63,728 nucleotides of DNA, filler included, from Octopus bimaculoides (GCF_001194135.2; 3 parts of 3 records of this genome joined end to end with filler, not necessarily neighbours in it); one strand, 5' to 3'. Positions 13,660-25,909 are shown, numbered from the whole stretch's first letter. Translations and numbers: made by a program. Notes: generated from the letters alone by a model not told the origin.

Positions 13660-15260
13660 CAGTGGGGGGAAATAAATATTCGTACATGTCAAAATTCTTT
13701 ATTTATTTAATTTCTAATGAACATAAATGGGATATACCAATACTATATTTGCATACGCATGCATAAACTAAGAATATGCAAAAGAAACTAATAAATTATA
13801 GTAATTAATGTATGTATATGCAATTATAAATATTTAAGGGTGAAAAAAGTATTCGTACAGAACATAAATAACTGATAATTCTGATTTAATACTTCGCAGC
13901 ATAACCATTATTTAGTTCCCCTTCAACCAATCACTTCTTGTAGTTCTTAATCAATGACTCGCATGTTTCTTTAGGAATTTTTACCCATTCTTCTTGACAA
14001 ATTTTCTTCAAATCTGGAATGTACGTTGGGGCTCTTGAATGAATTTTAATTTTCAAATAACGCCACAAATTTTCAATGGGGTTCAAGTCAGGTGACTGGC
14101 TTGACCATTCTAATAATTTTATATTGTGATTGACAATCCATTTTTTGGTAGACTTCGCCGTGTGCTTAGGGTCGTTATCCTGTTGTAAAACCCACCCTTC
14201 ACAAAGCTGGAGCTTTTCTACAGAGTCACATAAATTATTGTTCAAAATACTTTGGTACATCTCTGCATTCATTCTACCATCTATGACATGTAAATTGCAG
14301 TTCCATTTGCAGAGAAACACCCCCACACCATGATGTTGCTACCTCCAAACTTTACCATAGGAATTTTTTTTTCGGCGAATAGGCGGTACCATCTTTCCTC
14401 CAAATATGGTTACGCGAATTTCGTCCAAACAATTCAATTTTCGACTCGTCTCCATAGAACATTTTTCCAGAATGTATCAGATTTATCTTTATGTTCATAA
14501 ACAAATTTTAAACGGACATCTCTATGCCTTTTAGTCGACAGCGGAGTTCCTTCTAGGAAAGCGTGACTTCAGTTCATTTCTGTGAAGTTCATTGCTGATT
14601 GTTCGTAGTGTAACACTAGTCCCTGAAGCTAACAAATCTTCTTGCAACTCGTTTCTGGTGATCATTCTTTCGATTCTTCGCTTCATTTTCCTTAAAGATC
14701 TAGCGGAAATCTTGCGTGGTGCACCGGATCTTATTCTATTTTCAACAGTTCTCGATTTCTTATATCTTTGAATAAATGAAGACATGATAGAAAATGGAAT
14801 ACAAAGGGTCTCTAATATTTTCCTGTAACTTTTACCTGTTCAATAATTAAGTTTTTCACTGAATTTGTGAGTTCTTTACTTTTCGCCATCATTACGACGC
14901 TACTTTATGTTGTCTCAGTGCTGAATGAAGAAGCTAGCGTTTTGACACTTAGAAATGACTACTGGTAAGATTATTGGAACAAACAAGAAAGTTATAGTAA
15001 AAAAAAAATAATAATAATTTTAACAGTATTTTGTGGCATAGCAACTCATAAATTTATTGTGTACGAATACTTTTTCATCCCTAAATATTTATAATTGTAT
15101 ATAAATTCATTAGTTACTATAATTTATTAGTTTCTTTTGCATATTCTTAGTTTATGCATGTGTATGCAATTCTAGTATTGGTATATCACATTTATGTTCA
15201 TTAGAAATTAAATAAATAAAGAATTTTGACATGTACCAATATTTATTCCGCCCCCCACTA
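13660..15260 (-). mobile_element. Full-length Tc1-family DNA transposon, IR/DR (Sleeping Beauty/Minos-like) architecture, inactive
   Basis: Left end TA|CAGTGGGGGGAAATAAATATTCGTACATGTC at 13660; the reverse-complement match ends at 15260 followed by TA. TIRs are ~200 bp (about 13660-13860 and 15060-15260), each with an outer and inner copy of the a(a/g)tattcgtaca-type motif. Transposase lies between them. Confidence 0.95.
13886..14889 (-). pseudogene. Tc1 DDE transposase pseudogene (stops and frameshifts)
   Basis: Starts MAKSKELT at 14889. HTH segment RSGAPRKIS...ITRNELQEDL (ORF 14531-14785). Catalytic segment WVLQQDNDPKHTAKSTKKW...WSSQSPDLNPIENLW (ORF 13931-14326), typical of Tc1 DD34E enzymes. 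Confidence 0.93.
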
Positions 15261-15490
15261 TATGTAAAGAGAATGGAGAAAGTGAATCCAGTCTACATAT
15301 ATCTCCAAGGCAATCTGTTATGTAACTCGTAATATATAGTATATAAAATACACTGGTTAATAAACATTGTTGATCGAATATCATCCCAGTTTTGTCATCT
15401 ATACAAGTTGTACACATGCTGGACGCTTACTAAATTCCTGCATCAAGATCTTTTCGGATCGCACTAGTTTTTCATTTATATATATCTATG

Positions 15491-15532
<42 letters not shown>

Positions 15533-15559
15533 NNNNNNNNNNATCTATCTATGTATCTA

Positions 15560-15615
<56 letters not shown>

Positions 15616-15640
15616 ATCATACACATAAATGCTTTTACAG

Positions 15641-15717
15641 AGTGAATCTATATCATGTACAAATGAAATGATAGACACATTCCTCAACTACCTTCACCCT
15701 TTTAATTATGCAGCCAG
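15641..15717 (+). CDS. Candidate 77-nt exon, locally duplicated at 17240-17316
   Basis: ttttacag| and cag|GTATAT boundaries. The only open frame of six reads SESISCTNEMIDTFLNYLHPFNYAA. Confidence 0.25.
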
Positions 15718-15742
15718 GTATATGTAAATCATTACGTTTTCA

Positions 15743-15834
15743 TACCACTTCTGAAGTACCACTTCTGAGGTACCACTTCTGAGGTACCACTTCTGAGGTA
15801 CCACTTCTGAGGTACCACTTCTGAGGTTCCACTC
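15743..15834 (+). repeat. 14-bp minisatellite (TACCACTTCTGAGG) x6 plus a partial unit
   Basis: Directly readable; the first unit has one substitution. Confidence 0.97.
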
Positions 15835-16101
15835 GTTATAAAACATATATAGCCCGGATTTCTCATATTCCATTCCGTAACTCTTATATTCTTTTTCGCA
15901 CACTCGGCAACCCTGATTGCCTACCGAGAAATATGAAAAGAACATTTTTTTCAGCTCATCCTCCTTCGATAAAAGAAAAAAAAGTCCGCAACCTTCTGTG
16001 TCAATAAACTGTTATTGTTTCTGAAAGTTGTTTTTATATTCGCTACGGATTGCTCGAAGCTAACTTTCTTCCTACAACTCGATCCCTAGATCTTATACAC
16101 A

Positions 16102-16191
<90 letters not shown>

Positions 16192-16290
16192 CGCACACTC
16201 ACACGCACACACACACACACGCACACACACACACACACAGACACACACACACGCACACATACAAATATATGCGTATATAATAGATATATG

Positions 16291-16325
<35 letters not shown>

Positions 16326-16778
16326 TTGTGTGTGAGTGTTTGTGTGTGCTTGTGTGTGCTTGTGTGTGTGTGTGCATAAGCGTGTGTGCATTTACGCGTG
16401 TGTGTGTCTGCGTTTCCCAACTTTCACTCAATGCTCGGCCAGCAGTTTTCGCTTCTTTACGTCCCCATACATTAGCGTTTCAGCAAAAGATGCCAATGGA
16501 ATACATAGCTGGTTTAGAAACACAAAGTGGAATCGATCTGTTATCAGAAAATCTTGAAGGCTGTACCCCTGCATGGCCGCAGACGAATGACTGAAAGAGG
16601 TAAAAAATTAGTTAATAGATAATTTATTAACATGAAAAATAGGTCCACCCTGGAAAACATCCATAAAAGACCTTCAATTTTAACAAAAGAAATCCGAAGT
16701 CGTGTATATAAAAGCCTTAACAATAGTTAAAACTCTTATTATTGCTTTTCCTTTCGAAGCGTGCGTGTATCCTATATA

Positions 16779-17010
16779 CTCTTTTACGCTTTTACTTGTT
16801 TAATCATCTGACTGTGGCCATGCTGGAGCACCGCCTTTAGTCTAGCAAATCGACCCCAGGACTTATTCTTTGGAAGCCTAGTACTTATTCTATCGGTCTC
16901 TTTTGCCGAACCGCTAAATTACGGGGACATAAACACACCAGCATCGGTTGTCAAGCGATGTTGAGGGGGGGGGGACAAACACAGACACACAAACATATAT
17001 ACATACACAC

Positions 17011-17041
<31 letters not shown>

Positions 17042-17213
17042 CATACATACGACGGGTTTCTTTCAGTTTCCGTCTACCAAATCCAACTCACAAGGCTTTG
17101 GTCGGCCCGAGGCTATAGTAGAAGACACTTGCCCAAGGTGGCACGAGTGGGACTGAACCTGGAACCATGTGGTTGGTAAGCAAGCTACTTACCACACAGC
17201 CACTCCTACGCCT
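16779..17213 (-). mobile_element. Full-length tRNA-derived SINE, family B (CORE-like box, internal TA/CA microsatellite)
   Basis: Minus-strand head aggcgtaggagtggctgtgtggtaagtagcttgc...ggttcagtcc (A/B boxes), ccttgggcaagtgtcttc box, internal simple repeat, 3' half ending gtaaaag repeats. Partial copies at about 13508-13650 (+, old), 27762-27910 (+), 30405-30570 (-), 46196-46365 and 47120-47290 (+), 63405-63720 (-). Confidence 0.9.
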
Positions 17214-17599
17214 ACATCTCTCATAAATACTTTTACAAGAGTGAATGTATATCATGTACAAATGAAACGATAGACACGTTCCTCAACTGCCTTCACCCTT
17301 TTATTTATGCAACCAAGTATATATAAATCGCTACATTTTCATATCGCTTTTGGAGGATAAGGTAATTCCTACTATTATAACGACAATAATTACCTATTGA
17401 TAAACTAATGTTATGTTAAATAGCTGCTTCTCTGTAATCGCCATGGCATTTTTATAAATTCATTTACTAAGATATGTAAATGCCAATATGAATACCCAAC
17501 ACATATTTCTCGAAAGAGTTAAAATTTGATGGTTAGATCTATGTATTAATAGATCAAATTTGCATCGTTATTGTGCAAGTCATAGTATTATTGTTTTCA

Positions 17600-18560
17600 T
17601 TTTGTTGTATAATATGAACAATGTGTGCGTGTAGCGATCTTGAGACCTATCATGTGGCAAGGAGGGTCACTATATACTGAAAGTTCTTTATGTTCCCTTA
17701 ACCGGGAGAGGGGGTAATAAAGGATACACCAAATACCGGAAATAAGCCAAGAGAACAGAAGCGATGTGATACTAAAGAGCCCGTATCTGTAACGAGATAG
17801 AAGATCTACATATGCCACCGAAGAAGGGATTAAAAAAAAATAACGTGTTCGGTTTTTAGGAGGATGGGGATTAATTGCTTCTATAGAACGGGGCTGAAGT
17901 TTCGTACCGAAAAAGCTAGTACCGAAGTTAAGATGAGCATTAAAGTGAGAGTCAGGGTTAGAGAAAACAGAATATTAAGAAAAGAGATCCTGCATATGAA
18001 AGAGCTGAAAGAAGCGAGTCGATCAGAGCATGAGGAATAATATACTTTCAAAAATGTGAGTGCTACAGAATTGTGTATTTGGAATAAATACATAAAGTTT
18101 CTTATAGAACAGAAATAAAAACCGCCATAGTCATCTTGAAAGAATATGCAGAATGAAAATTTACAATACAATATTGTTATACGATGAATCGAAAACAGAA
18201 CTACATAATGCAAAAATAAAAAAAAACATTCCCATAACCTCACGGATATACGAACGGATAACCTGTTTAACAGTGATATTCGAAACGCTGGTAGCTATAT
18301 TCTACATGTTGGCAATTCTTGGAAGATTAAAATGTCTTCTAAGGAGAAAAAATGCAATGAAGCAGGATTTATAGATGTAAAGAACAGCAATAGCAGTTGA
18401 GCGCTTACTGGACACAAAATGGAGAAAGCAACACTTTCGTGTAGTATGGATATTGATAGATTGATTAGAACATCCTTTGACAGTAAATCATGTCATGATG
18501 ATATTGGACAAAATGTACATAAAGGAAGTACTTGAACGTATTAATATATTTTCGAATAAG
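17600..18560 (+). mobile_element. Heavily decayed RTE LINE remnant
   Basis: Residual segments resembling GVRQGCILSPYL, YLG, EIK..I..AK and FGHIMRK (ctggacacaaaatggagaaa), in the expected order. Confidence 0.45.
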
Positions 18561-19699
18561 AAGTTAGTAACCACGTCTACTGAGTGGAACAATGCAGTAG
18601 ATATTTGCAAAAAGAAGTAAAGAAAAATATTAAAGAAAGAAAACCGAGAGACAAATATACACATGTTCATAGTTCTTCAAAATTGGACATGGAAGAAATC
18701 AGTTAATATGAAAATCCGACGACCGTTGAGACTCAGAAAAGAAAAGAAAAAAAAAACTACAAGAACAAATTTTTGCTGTATAATATCAATGCGTAGTCAC
18801 ATAGAAATAGTAGAATACAATAAAATAAGATGTTATCGTTAACAACAGATTATAAACTTGAGACAAAGGAAAGATCGACCACAATCATTTTAACTGTTCA
18901 GTATATGATAATCATGTAACTATAAAATATAATAATAAAGGAAACAAAACAAAAATTAAAATATATATTCTGATACACATCTCTATCGTATTGACAAAAA
19001 TAGCTGAAAGAAGCGGAAACTATATACAAATATAAGGTATCAAAATAGAATTAAAGCAAATAAAAACAACCAAAATAAATATTGTATTGTATATCAAAAA
19101 GAATCCATTTGGATTCTCTTCCTGCTAGAAATATCGACAATATTGTTGTCCAGTTACATCATATCACACCGAAAAAGGTGGGATACATTAGATAATATAG
19201 TCAGGGATATAGTCTGACTGAAAATACTGGTTGTTCATGGCTTGAATGTCTTCCATATTCGATCAAGGAAGATTTAGTCTACATCAACAAAAACAACACC
19301 AACAATAATTTCATATTTTATGAGAGAAAGTGCCTAAAAGACAGATAAAATACCATACACAAATGGGTATACTATATCTTATAGTATACCAATTTGTATA
19401 CTATAATACCTATTTGCCCTCAAAATACTGATAGTTACCGCATTCATTTTGCACAAAAAGTTTTTAATATATCCGTATATCTAAGCAACTATCTTCCATG
19501 TTTGTAATAAGAAACATTACAATTTGTAAAGAGACAAAACCCCAAAATCCGAATTAGACATAACACAAGCACAGTCGCATAATGTTCACATAGCGAACAC
19601 AAAAGTTCACTTAGTGGTATATTAAAATATCCCCTCCAAACTTCTGAAAACTTTAATAATTCTTATGACACGATCAAAGCAAAAGCACAATTTTCTCCC

Positions 19700-20400
19700 T
19701 TGAAGGGAGTCTACTAATACAAAGCAATGGCCGTAACGCAGCTAAAATCTAAGTTTAAACTGGAACTAAAGAATGTCATGATAAAACGATGTCAAAGTCC
19801 CAATATTACGAATACAAGAATATGCTGAACAGAACAGAAATAGACAAAGAAAATGTTAAACCCTGGTTGACAAATTCGCGATTAAGAACAGAAATTGAAG
19901 GGCTCTTAATTGCGGCACAAGATCAAAGTTAACCTCCAAAGCAACCCATTCCTAGGATATGCGAATCACAATGATAAGAAGATCAAGGTTACTCAACCAG
20001 ATTTTATTTTCAAGAGTCACTAAGAAAAAATGCTAACAAATTGACATCTCACTCCCAACATTTGTTAAGTATATCTATAAGACATAATACATAAATTTGT
20101 AAATATAAATTACCAGAATGTGAGACCAGATAACAGATACAGTTCCTATAACAATAAGTGTTTAAGGAATGATGAAAAACGTGTAGACAAAGACATAACC
20201 AGAACCCAAGGACATACGAATATATATATATATAAGACAGAATATAGCATTGCAAGGCACCTCACACATCTTAGAGCACTTTCAATACAGTGAAAATAAA
20301 AACACTAAAGAAAACCACAGTACATGCTCAAGACACACAAAGATGCGCACGGGACTGCAGTGGAGGCACTCAATATAAATATGATTGCTGAATGGTATTT
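19700..20400 (+). mobile_element. Older, decayed R4/Dong LINE 3' portion (subfamily 2-like)
   Basis: WLTNSRLRTEIEGLLIAAQDQS at about 19865-19930, decayed PD motif, and a 3' end similar to 20770-20900. Ends in the (TAA)n at 20403. Confidence 0.7.
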
Positions 20401-20402
20401 AA

Positions 20403-20422
20403 TGTTAATAATAATAATAATG

Positions 20423-20490
<68 letters not shown>
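20403..20490 (+). repeat. (TAA)n microsatellite between two R4/Dong copies
   Basis: Directly readable. Confidence 0.97.
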
Positions 20491-20915
20491 TTGTCAAAGA
20501 TATAGTTGTCAAAGATCATGAAGGAAAAAAATGCTTGCTAATTGATGTATCAATACCAGCAGATGACAACGTTTTCCTAAAAGATATGGAGAAAGTTTCA
20601 GAATACAAAGACCTGAAATAGAGGTAACTCGAATGTGGAATCTAAAAACAGAAACAATTCCTATCATAGTAGGCGCATTAGGTATGATAAAGAGATATTC
20701 AGAAAAATACATAACAAAAACACCAGGACTTACAAATATATATAACATACAGAAAATTGCACTACTGGGTACTGCACACATCCTACGCAAAACACTTTCA
20801 ATACAGTAACCATAAGAGCATCACAGCAAACCACAGCACATACCCAAGGCACACGGAGCTGCGCTCGGTAGTGAAGTGAAAGCACGTTATAAAAATAAAA
20901 CTACTGAACAATATT
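20491..20915 (+). mobile_element. 5'-truncated R4/Dong LINE, subfamily 2 (RLE C-terminus and short 3' UTR)
   Basis: + strand reads DIVVKDHEGKKCLLIDVSIPADDN...KYKDL...TRMWNLKTETIPIIVGALG...IQKIALLGTAHILRKTLSIQ*, with a frameshift. TAA repeats on both sides. Confidence 0.9.
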
Positions 20916-21872
20916 ATTAATAATAATAATATCTGAGATTTGTAATGCTAATAGCATACTTCGTACAATTGAGTTCACATTTAGGATGCAGTGTTTACTT
21001 TATTTTGACAGTAAATCCAACTTTAAGTTTCAAACAGTAAAATCTACATATGTCTTCCACTACTTTTCATCTTAAATAAATTGTTCTCCTACTTCAGTCT
21101 CTGCTTTAGCTTCGTGACGTGGAATGTACTTATGCCGGAGCCGATCCGCTTCATTTACCATTATTTCCCATTTCTACATGCACATTACACAGCAGTATGT
21201 ATAAAACTACATTGTTAGCTAGTTTTCTGAATATGGAAATTATAAACGCCAAAGAATCGAATGCTTATCTACAATCTGTCAGTTCAGCATTTCAGCCGAT
21301 TATCTTACTCTAATATATTTCCATCATGTACATAACATAACATCTGTCTTTTTATATTTTCATATACGCAAAAAAGTGATAAGGTAAATGCAATGATGCG
21401 AATTAGAAAGTTGGTATAGACTTTGTCATTTCATTTGTGATCGGCAATCCCTTACTTATGAAGTTGTTGATGCCTTATTTCTATTGCAGAATGCATTCCC
21501 TTTGTTACGCCCGCACACCCACTTATATATACATTTGTACTGCGCATATATATATATATATATANNNNNNNNNNNNNNNNNNNNNNNNNNNNNNNNNNNN
21601 NNNNNNNNNNNNNNNNNNNNNNNNNNNNNNNNNNNNNNNNNNNNNNNNNNNNNNNNNNNNNNNNNNNNNNNNNNNNNNNNNNNNNNNNNNNNNNNNNNNN
21701 NNNNNNNNNNNNNNNNNNNNNNNNNNNNNNNNNNNNNNNNNNNNNNNNNNNNNNNNNNNNNNNNNNNNNNNNNNNNNNNNNNNNNNNNNNNNNNNNNNNN
21801 NNNNNNNNNNNNNNNNNNNNNNNNNNNNNNNNNNNNNNNNNNNNNNNNNNNNNNNNNNNNNNNNNNNNNNNN

Positions 21873-22154
21873 TTATTCCTACATATGTTTCAAAGGATTA
21901 CAACCTGTGTGATCCAAAGGGATCTTTGATATTAAAATTGTAACCTTCTCATCAGGGAAAGCATGGGAATCATCTTAAACGTAAGACATTATGACCGATT
22001 ATGAAAGCACCATCTATTGTTTTCATAATCGGTCATAATGTCTTACGTTTAAGATGATTCCCATGCTTTCCCTGATGAGAAGGTTAGAATTTTAATATCA
22101 AAGATCCCTATGGATCACACATCTTGTAATCCTTTGAAACATATGTAGGAATAA
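21873..22154. repeat. Long palindrome: 134-bp arms, 14-nt spacer
   Basis: 21873-22006 versus 22021-22154, 4 mismatches counted by eye. The left arm begins at an N gap. Confidence 0.95.
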
Positions 22155-23229
22155 AGTATGCAATTATAACATGCGTTTTCTCCATTCCTTAAATTCTTAT
22201 ATATATATATATATATACAGAGAGAGATAAAACCCTATATGTGTATAAGTATAAAAATCAATATGAAACCTTTATGATTATACACACATATACACGTATG
22301 CACACACATACATACATACACACAAACACACACACGCACACAGACTCATATATATACACCAAGGTATTCCAAAAATGTATGCACACAAATGTCTAAAAAG
22401 ATTGTATCATTTTAAATACATTACGTTTTCAAAAAATTATAGAATTTATTAACAAAATTTTTTATTTTTCCCTTGTGCCCGTTTTCAAACTGATGATTGT
22501 TCAAACTGAGAACGCAAAACAATGGAATGGCAAATGTGAAGAAACATTTCGTACCGTATTTGTGCATATTCTAGTTAAATACTTACCCTCCATTGGTTGA
22601 CTGTAGCTAGGTTTGAAAAATGAAATTTATCTTTCAAGGAACCCCATAAAATGCCTTGTGGTGTGAGGCCCGATCAAAGCGTAGAGTATTCTGCTGAACC
22701 GCTTCTCCAGTCCTTTTTTGGAAAAATCTCATCTTTATCATGTCAGCACGCGCGTGTGTATAACGTAAAAGAATAGTGCTTTGAAATCCTAGCAGTAGTG
22801 CCCCATTATGTTGAAGACAGAACTCGACATCTTAAAAAAAAATTCCTCCTATACACTTGTCCTGACAGATTGTCTCAGCAAGTTCAAGTAAATGAGATCT
22901 GTCAGAGTGATAAACTTAAACCTTTTGATGATAAACCGCACCATACTGTAACTCCTGGTGAATTAACATTTTCTTCCTCCGTCGTATGCAGATTCTCAGT
23001 GAAATTGAGGTAGATAATTGAGTCATTTAATTTAAATGTAGTCTCGTCACTTCAGATGATATCTGTGAGAAACTGTACACATTTTGCCACTCGCAGCAAC
23101 TACACTCTTCGGTCAGGATCACCTTCATTGAGAACACACTAGTCTTGGAATCTAAATTTAACAAAGACAGCGCTTCAAAATGCGAATGACGCCTGATCTT
23201 AAAATGCTTAGCAAAAGACGTTTCTGCTA

Positions 23230-23370
23230 CACAGATTGTTTGGAACTCTAGCAAAGTTTCTAATACCTTTTCAGGCGTTGTTAAACTCTTTAGCACACCA
23301 ACCACAGCCCTCAAACATCCCATCTTAAACATATCTAGTCGCCTCCTTTCTGCCTCATTAAGACCCCACG
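23230..23370 (-). mobile_element. Short RTE LINE C-terminal remnant
   Basis: TWGLNEAERRRLDMFKMGCLRAVVGV matches the RTE ETW.L...E..RL..FEM.CLR.I.GV motif. Confidence 0.55.
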
Positions 23371-23514
23371 TTTGGGATCTTAGTGAGGCAGAATCATGTC
23401 CTCATACACACCACTGTAAGCATTCTATCAACGGTGTGATATGCATTCAGTATGATATGTAAATAATTCTTTGATATAATATATATATATACACGCGCAC
23501 GCACACAGACACAT

Positions 23515-24165
23515 ATAGTTGGTGAATGCTGCCATAATCCTTGCCTTCAGTTCATCTTTGGTGTTATAAAGAGTTTTATCTCTCGCTCAACTGCACCACA
23601 CACATAATAATCAAGGAGGTTGTAGTCTGGAGAGTTAGGTGACCAGATGTTACGAGAGATGTGGTCGCAGAAATTGTTTGAAAGCCACGACTGGGTTCTC
23701 CTGCGTGTGTAGCATGGTGTAGAGTCCTGTTGCCAGATATGTGGTCTTCCAGCAGCCAACAACTTCACCCAGGGCACCACTTCCGTGTTGATTCTGAAGC
23801 TGTGTGGAAAGATGGATGGAGCCACAGCGTGGCCATCACTAGTGATCGCTCCAAACACCATGTTGTTGACTGGATGTTTGGTTTTTATCACTCTCGGTAG
23901 ATGTTTTGTGGACAATGCAAGCCAATGGTTATTCTGCGTGTTCACCATCTGTTCGTATTGGAGCTTCCAGCGCGAATGTCAAGCAGTACAGCATGTCGCT
24001 TCCAAATTTCTGCCAGAGTATATTGCGTTATGTTGCGGTTTTTCTCACAGCAGGTGCTCAACTGACCCTACTATACTGTATAGTCGACAAAATAAAAAAA
24101 AATCAATGCACATGCGCGAAATAAAAAAAATATAAAATGGTAACAATTTAACCACCGCACCCTTG
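23515..24165 (-). mobile_element. Truncated Tc1/mariner-superfamily (maT/DD37D-like) transposon remnant
   Basis: ORF 23547-23948: KHPVNNMVFGAITSDG...WQQDSTPCYTRRRTQSWL...WSPNSPDYNLLDYYVCGAVE, a decayed WPPNSPDLNPLDY motif. One probable TIR end (accaccgcacccttg) near 24165; the other end is not seen. Confidence 0.85.
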
Positions 24166-24203
24166 TGTGTGTGTGTTTGTTTGTTTGTGTGTGTGTGTTT
24201 GTT

Positions 24204-24251
<48 letters not shown>

Positions 24252-24277
24252 TGTGTGAGTGTGTATACAGGGTGAGT

Positions 24278-24656
24278 GGAGGCGCAATAGCCCAGTGGTT
24301 AGGGCAGCGGACTCGTGGTCATAGGATCACGATTTCGATTCTCAGACCGGGTATTGTGAGTGTGTATTGAGCGAAAACGCATAAAGCTCCACGAGGCTCC
24401 GGCAGGGGATGGTGGCGAACCCTGCTGTACTCTTTCACCACAACTTTCTCTCACTCTTACTTCCTGTTTCTGTTGTGCCTGTAATTCAAAGGGTCAGCCT
24501 TGTCACACTGTGTCACGCTGAATATCCCCGAACACTACGTTAAGGGTACACGTGTCTGTGGAGTGCTCAGCCACTTGCACGTTAATTTCACGAGCAAGCT
24601 GTTCCGTTGATCGGATCAACTGGAACCCTCGACGCCGTAAGCGACGGAGTGCCAAC
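24278..24656 (+). mobile_element. tRNA-derived SINE, family C (~380 bp)
   Basis: tRNA-like head ggcgcaatagcccagtggttagggcagcggactc...tttcgattctcagacc; tail ...ccgttgatcggatcaactggaaccctcg. Homologous copy in reverse at 36641-36990. Confidence 0.88.
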
Positions 24657-25909
24657 ATACACAAGGTGAGAGGAAAATAATGTAATAAGTAAAACAATGA
24701 GGAGAGAGTGTGAAACAGAGTGAAAAATTTTACAAACCCACCCAATCGATAAATATCTATGAGATTTTATGCAGAAGTGAAAACAATAAATATGCAATTT
24801 GATATATTTATGAAGACCTTATTTATTAAGCAAATAAGATCCTTGCTTCCGACAACATTATAATTTACTAGCATTGTGTGTATCTTAATATTTACGTGTT
24901 AAACACGTCCATCATAAGACAATGTACATTTTATTTTCGTTCGGTAACATTGTAATCACAAAAGAAATTGCTTTTACGGTTTAAGGTCAATAACCATATT
25001 GTTTGATAGACTACATTATTCACTGACAACATATTTTCTATGAGATGTGGGTCTTAGTACGGAATTCACTGTAATATACGAACTTAAATAGTAATCGACT
25101 GTGTGGAATTATGGACACCAAACTACTCTGTTTTTAACTTTAGCCATGAACATATGTTAAGGTTGTTTAAACTGCTGTCTTCTCTGATGGAGTTAAGGCA
25201 TGATCACATGTATTCCAGCTGTGAAAGTCTCATCTGTTTTTATACTTTGGGATACATTGTTCCTGTCCTTTTATTTTTTTAAATAGTATATTTTGTGAGG
25301 GAAACTTGATTTCTAACATTTCGAATAGTGTATTGAATTATTTCTTATTTGCTTCCTAAACCGAAATTTTTGTCTAAGTGTGTTTTCTCTTTCTTCCTTT
25401 CTCTCTGTATATGCGGATGTGTGTGANNNNNNNNNNNNNNNNNNNNNNNNNNNNNNNNNNNNNNNNNNNNNNNNNNNNNNNNNNNNNNNNNNNNNNNNNN
25501 NNNNNNNNNNNNNNNNNNNNNNNNNNNNNNNNNNNNNNNNNNNNNNNNNNNNNNNNNNNNNNNNNNNNNNNNNNNNNNNNNNNNNNNNNNNNNNNNNNNN
25601 NNNNNNNNNNNNNNNNNNNNNNNNNNNNNNNNNNNNNNNNNNNNNNNNNNNNNNNNNNNNNNNNNNNNNNNNNNNNNNNNNNNNNNNNNNNNNNNNNNNN
25701 NNNNNNNNNNNNNNNNNNNNNNNNNNNNNCTAAGTGTGTTTTCTCTTTCTTCCTTTCTCTCTGTATATGCGGATGTGTGTGATGTGTGAGTATGTAAGCC
25801 AAGCCTATATATTTATCTGTGTTTGTGCGTGAATATATGTATATGTGTGTGTGCGTCAGTATATATAAAGTCAGTATGTATGAAGTCAATATGTGTAAAA
25901 TGTAAATAT

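Noticed and set aside
15743-15834. CRISPR-like repeat array
   Set aside because: Units are contiguous 14-mers with no spacers, there are no cas genes, and the context is eukaryotic.
24278-24350. tRNA gene (also the heads at about 17140-17213 and 36915-36990, and a B box at about 47390)
   Set aside because: A/B boxes are present but no complete cloverleaf; they continue into multi-copy SINE bodies.
25374-25782. ~55-bp direct repeat either side of a gap
   Set aside because: Same contig-overlap artefact pattern.
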